A stretch of DNA of 64,000 nt from Chloroflexota bacterium (GTDB lineage: Bacteria > Chloroflexota > Dehalococcoidia > Lucifugimonadales > JADFKI01), in contig JAQBUT010000004.1 in the NCBI GenBank assembly GCA_027623195.1, positions 32,001-96,000 on the forward strand, in the 5' to 3' direction. This document shows positions 20,499 to 29,488 of this stretch, piece by piece. Positions within the stretch are counted from its first letter, which is position 1. The number at the start of each line of letters is the position of its first letter. The notes below the pieces were generated by a model, which had not been told where the DNA came from, ran no database searches, and saw only the letters and a list, made by a program, of their open reading frames with translations. A program made the translations under genes and the position numbers.

Positions 20499-20664
20499 TT
20501 CACTGCTCCGTCAGGCTGCGACCCTGGCCAATCGCCAAAGTCCGGCCATTGTTCTTTGCTGCTTTCCCAAACGAGAGTAGCCATTTTCTATCGAGATGTC
20601 ACATCTAAGCCCAGGTTCCGTTTACCAAGTGACCTTCTCTTTAGTCAGCCCCCGCCTTAATTAT

Positions 20665-21438
20665 TCAAAAGACTTCGATGCGCTTGAAAGCTTCTGCATA
20701 TTGGACGCCGATGCGCCTGCCAACTTCCGTGTAACGCGTACGCGCCCGGACATCGCGCAGCTCCCAGCCTTGCTCGACCTGGCTGCGATGGCAACTGAGC
20801 GCCCTAAGCTTGGTCTCAAAGGAATCGGTTACGTCCAGGAAGGTGTCGGGCTCAGGCGATCCCCACAGATACACCTCGCGGACCTTATGCGGCTCCAGGC
20901 CCTCCCTGATGTGTTCCGGAAAGGCATGTACATCCCTGGCAAACGGAAATACGCAATTCAGCGTAACTCGACCAGCAGTGTAATGGTCTGGGTGGCGAAT
21001 GTATGGTCGATTCGGGTCCACTGTGACGACCGTTTCCGGACGATGAATGCGAATCTGCCGGGATATCTTCTCTCGCAATTCGTAGCAATCTTCCAGGGCC
21101 TGGTCTGGAAACCGCAAGAACACAACCTCAGACAGCCCTAACACTTCGGCCGAATTCTTCTGCTCTTCTTCTCGAGTGGCAGCCAGAACTTCCGGGGCCA
21201 TATCGAGATCGGAAGTGCCCTTGTTGCCGTTGGTACAAACAACCAGGACTACCTTTCGTCCCTGCGCGGCCCACCTGGCTACCGTACCGCCAGCGCCCGA
21301 CTCCATGTCGTCGGGATGAGGGCTAACCACGAGGACAGGCGTGGTGCTTCGAGAGGTATTCATTGGGTCCTCAGGAATGGGGTAAGGCGACCCGCTGGGT
21401 TCCTGACTCACATTTCTGCGCGAACTAGACTCTGTCAT
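20665..21438 (-). CDS. PIG-L/LmbE-family deacetylase
   Basis: SPHPDDMESGAGG, TNGNKG, REEEQ, HPDH, HRSQ, AEAF; true start may be 21363. Confidence 0.9.
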   Translation of the reverse strand: MTESSSRRNVSQEPSGSPYPIPEDPMNTSRSTTPVLVVSPHPDDMESGAGGTVARWAAQGRKVVLVVCTNGNKGTSDLDMAPEVLAATREEEQKNSAEVLGLSEVVFLRFPDQALEDCYELREKISRQIRIHRPETVVTVDPNRPYIRHPDHYTAGRVTLNCVFPFARDVHAFPEHIREGLEPHKVREVYLWGSPEPDTFLDVTDSFETKLRALSCHRSQVEQGWELRDVRARTRYTEVGRRIGVQYAEAFKRIEVF

Positions 21439-21474
21439 TTACACAACCCTAACCCAAAATTTTGAACTGTTCCC

Positions 21475-22242
21475 CTACTGGCCACGGAACACCGGCGTGC
21501 GCTTCTCCTGGAAAGCTTTGATTCCTTCCAGGGCGTCCTCTGTGCTCTGCAATCGGCGATTCACTATTCCCGCCAGACGGACCCTGTCTTCAAGCCTCAT
21601 GTTCTGGCCGCGCACCGCTACTTCCTTGATAGTGCGCATTGGCAATGGTGCGTTTTGCTTGAGTTTATGGATAAGTTTTTCTACCTCATCCATTAGGTCC
21701 TCGTGCGGCACTACATGGTTGACCATGCCAATCTGGTAGGCACGTTCTGCGGAGATCATGTCTCCCGTAAAGAGGTGCTCCAGTGCGAGATTGATTGGCA
21801 CCTTCTGGGCTAGCATGCACGGGCCGCTCACAGAGCCGATACCTCGCTTGGCCTGGGGCCATCCGAACTGGGCCTGGTCAGAAGCTATGCGAATATCCGA
21901 AGCCAGAGCAAGCCCGCCTCCCTGTGCCAGGCAGAAGCCGTTTACTGCGGCAATCAAAGGCTTGAATATCTCGGCCTGGTAAACGTACAGGTCCTCGGTG
22001 GAGATCTCCGGATCATAGAGAGCGTCGCTTCGACCCGACATCGATGCCAGGTCATGCCCTACCGAGAATGCCCGACCATTGCCGGTGATGACCGCCATCC
22101 AGATATCGGGATTGTCGTTTACCTCATGCAGGGCCTGCCAAAGCTCCCTGCGCATCTCAACGTCGATGGCATTCAGCTTTTCCGGCCTGTTCATGGTGAT
22201 GTAACCGACCTTCTCCCTGATCTCGAACTCCACTGTTGACAT
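21475..22242 (-). CDS. enoyl-CoA hydratase/isomerase (crotonase) family
   Basis: NRPEKLNA, AFSVGHDL, KPLIAAVNG, SDIRIAS, EGIKAFQEKRTPVF. Confidence 0.92.
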   Translation of the reverse strand: MSTVEFEIREKVGYITMNRPEKLNAIDVEMRRELWQALHEVNDNPDIWMAVITGNGRAFSVGHDLASMSGRSDALYDPEISTEDLYVYQAEIFKPLIAAVNGFCLAQGGGLALASDIRIASDQAQFGWPQAKRGIGSVSGPCMLAQKVPINLALEHLFTGDMISAERAYQIGMVNHVVPHEDLMDEVEKLIHKLKQNAPLPMRTIKEVAVRGQNMRLEDRVRLAGIVNRRLQSTEDALEGIKAFQEKRTPVFRGQ

Positions 22243-22559
22243 CTGTTACTCCTGTATTTCTTGCATCACGGTAGTTATTTTGATTCAAAATGCTGTTCAA
22301 GGCGCGCAGCATGCCAGCGAAAATATAGCATAGGGCCGATGCCCTAACAAGCAAAGCGAGCCTCTTTCAGGCTCAAAGGGGCAACGTTCTTTGAACAGTG
22401 TCACCACTCGTGGACTGCGTCAAGTTACTCTGCATTGTTACCTGTCTATAATAGCTATGCAAACGGCTTAGACTTGACAATGCTGCAGTCCTGCTAGAAG
22501 ATTCACCGCATGAAGGTGTTAAAATAAGTTTAAAGGCTCTTGAAACGGGGGCAATAGAA

Positions 22560-22790
22560 GTGCCAAAAGTCCCATATAAAGGCAGAGACGTTGACGGGGA
22601 TGACGTTAGTTTCAGCGTTACCAACGAAGATTGGAATAGATACCAGTTACATGACGGCACTGAAATCCGCATACGTCTCATAGTCCAAGATGTAATCAAA
22701 ATACCGGGCGAAGTTGACGCCCAGGGCAATCCAGCATATGTGGTTCGGTCAAGCCAGATTATGGTTGTTAAGCCGCCTGAAACCAGGTAA
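22560..22790 (+). CDS. small hypothetical protein (76 aa), first gene of AT-richer island
   Basis: GGGGG RBS-like element before GTG; compact beta-rich-looking ORF (EDWNRYQLHDGTEIRIRLIV...GNPAYVV). Confidence 0.7.
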   Translation: MPKVPYKGRDVDGDDVSFSVTNEDWNRYQLHDGTEIRIRLIVQDVIKIPGEVDAQGNPAYVVRSSQIMVVKPPETR

Positions 22791-22816
22791 TAAGAGGACC
22801 TCAAGGTGAGAACAAA

Positions 22817-23194
22817 ATGGTGACTACCTCTTCCGCTCCTAGTGACTTAACTGTGTCCAGTGAATACCCCCCAACGCAGACGGAAATAGAAATAATTGAT
22901 AGCCAGTCGCAAAGTTGGATTAGCATGATAAGTGAAACTGTCTATGCTAATCCGGCGGTGGAGGCTCTTTTTGTGTCTAGGGGCGAAGAGGCCGTAAGGG
23001 ATTACTGGGTGGTAATTCCGGAACGGGACATTGCCTTGGTTCGGGAACTTATTAGCGAACAGCAGAACAAGGTTCTCCGATTGTTCGCGCACACTGACGC
23101 CCCTTTTCAGTTGGATTTTCATATTGTGTACAGAAATGAGCGGGATATTAATGAATTGATTCCTAGTGAGGCCATTTCTATACCAAAGCCGTAA
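22817..23194 (+). CDS. degenerate minimal nucleotidyltransferase (MNT)-like protein, putative antitoxin
   Basis: 125 aa; VEALFVSRG...RDYWVVI and LDFHIV resemble the MNT pattern LFGSxxRG...DxDLLV...VDL; directly upstream of a HEPN-like gene. Confidence 0.5.
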   Translation: MVTTSSAPSDLTVSSEYPPTQTEIEIIDSQSQSWISMISETVYANPAVEALFVSRGEEAVRDYWVVIPERDIALVRELISEQQNKVLRLFAHTDAPFQLDFHIVYRNERDINELIPSEAISIPKP

Positions 23195-23203
23195 GCGAAG
23201 AGA

Positions 23204-23578
23204 ATGCCAACACGACAAGCTCACATCGACCAAGCAGAACATAATCATGCCTTTTGGTCTCAAATTGAACTTGATACGACCCAATTTCTCGATTGGGTCG
23301 TTGTCGGCATGTTTTATGAGGCTGCCCACTGGATAGAAGCCTATCTCGCACAAAATAACAGACACTCCAGTAATCACCATGAAAGAGGCATGAGCCTCGC
23401 ATCATTCCCTGATTTGGCCAATGCACCAAACTTGGGGACAGACTACGGCGTCCTGCGCACTGAGAGCGAAGCGGCGCGATATTGGGCCCAAAAGTACTCT
23501 CCTGAGCAGATACAGAATGATTTGATACCTCTGGTCGATAACATTCGAACGGTCATTCAACCACTACTCGGCATTTAG
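23204..23578 (+). CDS. HEPN-like protein, putative toxin
   Basis: 124 aa helical pattern H..QA.HN, DW....FY.A.H..EAYL, H..R, Y..L...S..ARY. Confidence 0.65.
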   Translation: MPTRQAHIDQAEHNHAFWSQIELDTTQFLDWVVVGMFYEAAHWIEAYLAQNNRHSSNHHERGMSLASFPDLANAPNLGTDYGVLRTESEAARYWAQKYSPEQIQNDLIPLVDNIRTVIQPLLGI

Positions 23579-23804
23579 CTCCGCTTACCATCTATCCAAT
23601 ACGCCCCTTCTTCACCCTATAAATATGCAACACGCTCAAGTTAATGGCACCTCTGAACGGTCTAAGCCGACCAACCCGCCCGGGGCCAACGACGGCCCTG
23701 GGGACAGGATTGAGTTTGGCGAGAAATCGACATTTGTGGTACCCTTTGCCACAGAGTTTATGCCCGTATTGCCAGCTTAACGCTGCGACGGATAGGAGAG
23801 GCAA

Positions 23805-25442
23805 ATGGCAAAAGTTACCGGCAGTTACCTCATCGCAAGGACTTTGAAGGAAGAGGGTGTTGAAAAAATCTTCTACCTTATGGGCGGCCCTAACTTCGAC
23901 ATAATGATGGCAGCCCAGGACTTTGGCATAGAAACCATCGACTTCCGGCATGAGCAGGCAGCGGCCTTTGCCGCCCACGCATACGCTCGCGTCACCGGCA
24001 AGCCCGGCGTGGTTGCTGCGGCATCCGGTCCTGGCACGCTGAACCTTCTAACAGGCGTTTACACCGCATCAGTAGACTGCGCACCTATGTTGATCCTTGG
24101 AGGCGCAGGCCCCGTGCACGAAATCGGACGCGGCGCATTCCAAGAAATAGACCAAACGGGAATCATGAAGCCTCTTTGCAAGTACTGGCACCAGCCTACT
24201 AAAGCAGCCCGGTACCCCGAAATCGTTAGCACGGCCTACCGCCAATGCCTTTCCGGAACGCCCGGCCCGGTCTACATAGACTGCGGCGCAGACGTCCTCT
24301 ACGAAGAAATCGAAGAGTCAGATGCAGTCGCTCCTACCCACGCGGTCAGGAAGAGCGCACCCGCGGGCGACCCTGTTGCGATAAAAGAAGCCGTCGACAT
24401 GCTGGCAGATTCCAAGAAACCGATCATATTCGCAGGAGGCGGAGTCTTCTTCTCCGGCGGAGCGCCGGACCTGGAGAAGCTGGTCGACATGACCAGCACG
24501 CCGTTCTACACCGCCCCTATGTCACGCGGCCTGGTACCAGAGGATCATGTGGTCTCATTCCAGGCAGCCCGCAGCACGGCCATGCGCGAGACCGATCTGG
24601 TCCTGGTTATCGGCACTCGCATGAACTGGATGCTTCAGTATGGACGCCGGTTCCCCAACGCCAAGGTTGTACAGGTGGATATCAACGCCGCCGAGATCGC
24701 TCACAACCGTGACGTTGACCTGGGTATCGTTGGCGACGCCAAATTAATTCTGGGTCAGATGAACGCTGAGATCGAAGCCCGGCCGCAGGACTTCGCTGGC
24801 AGGCTGGAAGGCGAGTGGGTAACCCACCTACGCGATGAAAACGACCGCCGCGCAGAACGCAGCGCGGCCATACTTAACTCACCGGCCAAGCCCATTCATC
24901 CTCTGCGCCTCTGCAAGGAGATTGGCGACTTCCTGGACAGAGACGCCATTCTTTGCGTGGACGGCAACGAAATTCTGCACTTCGGACGGCAGTCGCTGGC
25001 AACATACGTGCCAGGCCATCGGCTTAACTCCGGCGTGACGGGGACCATGGGCGTGGGTCTGCCATACGGCATCGGAGCCAAGATTGCCAAGCCAGACAAT
25101 CAGGTGCTGGTACTTCACGGCGACGGCTCTATGGGCATGAACGCCATGGAGTTGGACACCTGTGTGAGGCACAGCATCAATGTGGTGACGGTCATCAGCA
25201 ACAACGCAGGCTGGACAGCCAGGACGCCCGACCACCGCAAGCCAGGCCGAGAGCTAGGCTTCACCAACTTCGATGGCATGGCCAGAGAGTTAGGCGGTTA
25301 CGGAGAGACGGTGGAGGACCCGGACGAGATTCGTCCTGCCCTTGAGCGAGCCTTCGCCAGCGGAAAGCCCGCCGTGATCAACGTCATCGTCGAGACTACT
25401 GCAGCCGGCGTATCCCGGTCATGGGGCGGCTCGAATATGTAG
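23805..25442 (+). CDS. thiamine-diphosphate-dependent enzyme (acetolactate synthase / 2-hydroxyacyl-CoA lyase-like)
   Basis: RHEQAAAFAA, SGPG..N, GAFQEID, PGPVYID, GTMGVG, ThDP motif GDGS-x(24)-NN. Confidence 0.92.
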   Translation: MAKVTGSYLIARTLKEEGVEKIFYLMGGPNFDIMMAAQDFGIETIDFRHEQAAAFAAHAYARVTGKPGVVAAASGPGTLNLLTGVYTASVDCAPMLILGGAGPVHEIGRGAFQEIDQTGIMKPLCKYWHQPTKAARYPEIVSTAYRQCLSGTPGPVYIDCGADVLYEEIEESDAVAPTHAVRKSAPAGDPVAIKEAVDMLADSKKPIIFAGGGVFFSGGAPDLEKLVDMTSTPFYTAPMSRGLVPEDHVVSFQAARSTAMRETDLVLVIGTRMNWMLQYGRRFPNAKVVQVDINAAEIAHNRDVDLGIVGDAKLILGQMNAEIEARPQDFAGRLEGEWVTHLRDENDRRAERSAAILNSPAKPIHPLRLCKEIGDFLDRDAILCVDGNEILHFGRQSLATYVPGHRLNSGVTGTMGVGLPYGIGAKIAKPDNQVLVLHGDGSMGMNAMELDTCVRHSINVVTVISNNAGWTARTPDHRKPGRELGFTNFDGMARELGGYGETVEDPDEIRPALERAFASGKPAVINVIVETTAAGVSRSWGGSNM

Positions 25443-25483
25443 GTGGGGCGTTGGTTCTTTGTTGCTAGTCTTTGGTATTTAGT

Positions 25484-25528
25484 AAACAGGGACGGACCAC
25501 CGTGGTGGTCCGTCCCTGTTTGGTTTTT
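25484..25528 (+). terminator. strong intrinsic terminator
   Basis: perfect 17-bp stem aaacagggacggaccac/gtggtccgtccctgttt followed by a T-rich tail. Confidence 0.85.
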
Positions 25529-25581
25529 CTGAAATACACAGTGGAAACTCTGGTATTGCCCACCCCTGCTAAAATGAATCC

Positions 25582-26727
25582 ATGACCCCATCCAAACAAT
25601 CCGAAAGGCACGACTTTACGGCGCACCTAACTCGTTTTTCCCGGGTGCTGCGTGGGCATGGGTTTCTGATTGGCCCGCTGGAAACGGCGGACGTCATCAA
25701 AGCGATGAGCGCCGTGGATATGATGGACCGAGGTCGTGTTTACTGGGCACTGCGTAGCCTACTTGTCTCACGACAGGACGAGTTCCTCACATACGACATG
25801 CTCTTCGAAAAATTTTGGAACTTCGAGCCCATGCCGACTCGAGGTCCCTCCAGCGAAGGCTCCAAGAAGCTTGAAGAGTCGATGACCCTTCAGCGCAGAC
25901 CAAGATCGCTGTTCGGGGTGAGCAACGACCAGCAGTCCGAAGATATAGCCATCCAGGAAATGCGGGTCGGAGCCAGCGACGTGGAGCTAAACGCCAAGAA
26001 AGACTTTACCGTGATCCGCGCAGATGAGTTCTCGGAGCTTTCCCGCATCGCCGCGCGAATGGTGAAGGCCCTGGCCTCCCGCCCCGGACGCCGACGCAAG
26101 CGTCACAAGCGCAAAGGCACCCCCGACCTGCGTGGCGCAATGCGACTGAACCTCTCCTCCGGTGGCGACCCTATCATCGTGCCCCGACGCAAGCGCGTAC
26201 CCAGAGTCCCACGCCTGCTGGTGCTGCTGGACGTTAGCGGGTCCATGGAGCGGCACGTCCAGCTACTTCTGCAGTTGGCCTACGCAGTTTCCCAGCAGAC
26301 CAGGCGTGTGGAGGCCTTCGTATTCAGCACAAAGGTTACGCGGGTAACACGAGAGCTTGCCATGCCATCATTTACCGATGCCCTGAAGCGCATTGGCGAT
26401 GAGGCATCCCACTGGTCTGGCGGCACGCGCATTGGCGAGGCTCTGTCCACCGTGAACACAGACTTCGACTATCTGCTGGACAAGCACACAACCGTGTTCC
26501 TACTCAGCGACGGTTGGGACACCGGGGACCCCGACCAACTAGCATCCCAAATTCGGCGCATGCAGCGGCGCGTACGAAGCTTCGTGTGGCTAAACCCGCT
26601 AATGGGAACCCAGGACTACCAGCCTCTGACCCGAAGCCTGCAATCGGCCGAGCCATACGTGGACCACTTCGCCTCGGCCATGGACGTAGCGCATCTGCGG
26701 CGGCTACCCCAGTTACTACGCTCTTGA
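25582..26727 (+). CDS. coxE: CoxE-like VWA-domain protein
   Basis: LLDVSGSM (MIDAS), EAFVFST, WSGGTRIG, LSDGWDTGDP, WLNPL. Confidence 0.85.
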   Translation: MTPSKQSERHDFTAHLTRFSRVLRGHGFLIGPLETADVIKAMSAVDMMDRGRVYWALRSLLVSRQDEFLTYDMLFEKFWNFEPMPTRGPSSEGSKKLEESMTLQRRPRSLFGVSNDQQSEDIAIQEMRVGASDVELNAKKDFTVIRADEFSELSRIAARMVKALASRPGRRRKRHKRKGTPDLRGAMRLNLSSGGDPIIVPRRKRVPRVPRLLVLLDVSGSMERHVQLLLQLAYAVSQQTRRVEAFVFSTKVTRVTRELAMPSFTDALKRIGDEASHWSGGTRIGEALSTVNTDFDYLLDKHTTVFLLSDGWDTGDPDQLASQIRRMQRRVRSFVWLNPLMGTQDYQPLTRSLQSAEPYVDHFASAMDVAHLRRLPQLLRS

Positions 26728-26984
26728 AAAGGTTATGTATCCCATAGCCATCACCTGAATCCCACACCTTTCTTGAACACTTTCCACACTAACGACCGAG
26801 GGCCACCCCCGTACACTATTACCTGTGGCGAGTTCCCCAAGACCTCAATGGGGCATCACTCTATCCCTTCAATCGTGAACTAGACGGCAAAGCTCTGGTA
26901 GCTCTTCGCAAACTGAGCGCTACCTAGAGCAAAACTGCGTCAATGCGGGCTGTAGCTGACAAGCTTTAGGAAAAGGATTAGCAG

Positions 26985-27647
26985 ATGATGAACGCCGTCA
27001 ACATAAGGCCTTTGCGATTGCCCAGGGTGGTGTGGCCCCCAGAGGCAATAAACGCAGACCTTCACGTTGACGATTTCGTCCTTAGCCCCCAGGGACTAAA
27101 GACCTCATCGATGAGCCTTGGCATGATCCTTCCCTTGGCTGCGGCGCTTGCCTTTTCTGTGCTGATCGTATTCCTCATGGTCGAGTTCCGCCACGTCATC
27201 GCGGACCTTGGACGTTGGGGTTACCTGGGCGTATTTTTCATCGAGCTAGCCAACAGCGCGACTATCTTGTTCCCGACGGCTGGACAGTCGTATACCTTTG
27301 CGCTGGGAGTAACCCTCAACCCTCTTATGATCGGTCTGATCGGCGGCATAGGTTCCGCTATTGGCGAGTTGACCGGCTACGCAGTGGGCGCAAAGACGGG
27401 CCAGCGATTCAAGGGCGGGCGCATCTTTAACAAGCTCCAGAGATTCACAATGCGTTGGGGAGGCTTTTCGCTATTCTTGTTCGCTACGATACCCGGACCT
27501 TTTGAAGTGGCAGGTCTGTGGGCCGGCACTGTCCGGTATCCATTAGCACGCTTCTTCGTGTTCGTCGCTATCGGCAAGATACTAAAGGTTACCGCCTTCG
27601 CTCTGGCAGGTTACTACAGCCTCACCTGGCTGCTAGGCGGAAGCTAA
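26985..27647 (+). CDS. DedA/VTT-domain membrane protein
   Basis: GYLGVF, GSAIGELTGYAVG, FEVAGLWAG..RYPL.RFF....IGKILK; AAGGA RBS. Confidence 0.8.
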   Translation: MMNAVNIRPLRLPRVVWPPEAINADLHVDDFVLSPQGLKTSSMSLGMILPLAAALAFSVLIVFLMVEFRHVIADLGRWGYLGVFFIELANSATILFPTAGQSYTFALGVTLNPLMIGLIGGIGSAIGELTGYAVGAKTGQRFKGGRIFNKLQRFTMRWGGFSLFLFATIPGPFEVAGLWAGTVRYPLARFFVFVAIGKILKVTAFALAGYYSLTWLLGGS

Positions 27648-27782
27648 GTTTTCTGCCCAACTATGTCCTGCGCCCTCCGAACCACTTCAGGACACATAGC
27701 CCCAACTGAATTCCTGGATAGTATCTCGGAAACCGGCATGTGTTAGCATAACGCCTCATAATCCCTTCTCTCGAAGGAAACC

Positions 27783-29381
27783 ATACCAGAAATCGTTGTC
27801 GCCTTCGGCCTCATCGCCACCGTACTAATCATCAAAGCCTTGGCCTCGGGGCTGGTAGAACGCTCCATACTTTCGTTCCCCTTCCTATTCATAGCGTTAG
27901 GCTTTGTACTTGGAGAGCGAGGCGTCGGCCTGCTGAATCTGGGACCGCACAGCGCCATCCTCGAGATCGTTGCCACACTAACGCTGGCCCTGGTGTTATT
28001 CCTAGACGCCGTAAAACTGCAGGTCAAGGAACTGGGCAAACGTTGGCTCATTCCTTTTCTGATTCTGGTGCCAGGCACAGCGCTCATCATAATACTGGGG
28101 GCTCTGCCTCTGGCCTTGATTTTGGGTTTTGGCTGGGTCATGGCTTTCATAGGCGGCGCGCTTCTTGCCTCCACGGATCCTGTCGTATTACGCGATATCC
28201 TCCGCGACAACCGTATACCGAGGCCTGTGCGGCAAATCCTCAAGTTAGAAGGCGGCACGAACGACCTGGTGGTCTTGCCCGTCGTGCTGATTCTTATAGC
28301 GATAACCACCGCGCAAGCAGGAGGCCCGGAACAGTGGGCGCCATTTCTGATCCAACTGCTGATTCTAGGCCCGCTGATGGGAGCAGTCGTAGGCGTCGTA
28401 GGCGCATGGTGCATGTCCCGGGTGGACGAGAAGATGGGCATTCGGCTGGAGCATCAGGCGCTGTTTGGGATTGGCCTCGTGCTGGCTGCGTACGCGTCGG
28501 CAACCATAGTTGGCGGTGATGGCTTCCTGGGAGCATTCTTCGCGGGCATAGCCGTCGTAATGCTTAACCAGAAGCTTTGCACCTGCTTCCTGGACTACGG
28601 CGAGGTCACATCCGAAATGATGATGATGTTGGCCTTCGTCCTGTTCGGCGCTGTCCTGTCTGGCATCATCGACACAGTCCCGCTGGTACCGGCCCTAATC
28701 CTGGCTGCACTGGTAATCTTCGTGATTCGACCGTCCGTCATTAACCTTGTTCTGGTCAAGGCTAATATAAGCTGGGAGGCACGCGCCTTCATTAGCTGGT
28801 TCGGCCCAAGAGGGCTAAATTCGCTGCTGCTTGCTTTGCTCGTGGTCCAGGCGGCGGTGCCCGGCGCTGAACTGCTGCTGGCAACCGTTGGCATCGTGGC
28901 TCTGGCATCAGTGGTGATACACGGAGCATCCGCTTCACCTATAACGGCATGGTACGGCCGTAAAGCGTCAGAGGAAACGCTGGCGGAGGAGCGCCAGAGC
29001 ACGGTCGTGGGACTGTTCAGACCGGAAGAGCCAGAGCTGATCCGCATTACGCCGGACGAGCTTAACGAGATGATTTCCGGCGAGGACTCTCCTGTGATAT
29101 TGGACGTGCGCTCTAGATCGACCTTCGAGCACGATGACGCAGAGATTCCTAGAAGCGTGCGAGTCCTGCCTGATCAAGTCCTCGAATGGGCCAGCGATGA
29201 GTCGAATCGGGGCCTCGCTGACAGGCTGGTGGTCGCGTACTGCACTTGACCGGATGAGGCGACTAGCGCCCGTGTGGCGCGACATCTCATTTCCGAAGGA
29301 ATAAAGGCGGTCGCACTGGAGGGTGGATTCAACGCTTGGCGGGCCAAGTACCCGGTGAGCCCATTGACTGCAGTGGCCTAG
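27783..29381 (+). CDS. CPA1 (NhaP-type) cation/H+ antiporter fused to a selenocysteine-containing rhodanese domain (TGA 29247-29249 read as Sec)
   Basis: LVLFLDA, LASTDPV, EGGTND, WFGPRG (CPA1); ILDVRS...IP...VVAYCT-TGA-PDEATSARVA...ALEGGFNAW completes the rhodanese fold to TAG 29379-29381; SECIS-like hairpin right after TGA; probable ATA start after AAGGA. Confidence 0.85.
29250..29295 (+). promoter_or_regulatory. bacterial SECIS-like hairpin
   Basis: Lower stem cggatgag/ctcat(t)tccg, upper stem gcgcc/ggcgc, apical loop CGTGT with GT, loop begins 21 nt after TGA. Confidence 0.75.
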
Positions 29382-29488
29382 CCAATTTCCGTCCGATTCC
29401 CTCTACACACACACCATGTTCCTACCTGACGCAAACTGGCATATGGGTGTAGAATTAGGTATGCGATACGCCCCCGGAGGCCACCCAA

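Noticed and set aside
27743..28441. Long antisense ORFs (e.g. 27743-28441, 29702-30418, 46777-47673, 59676-60365)
   Set aside because: Shadow ORFs opposite well-supported genes in GC-rich coding DNA, without motifs
29408..29422. Possible LexA box upstream of uvrB
   Set aside because: Only the GTTC half of GAAC-N4-GTTC is present
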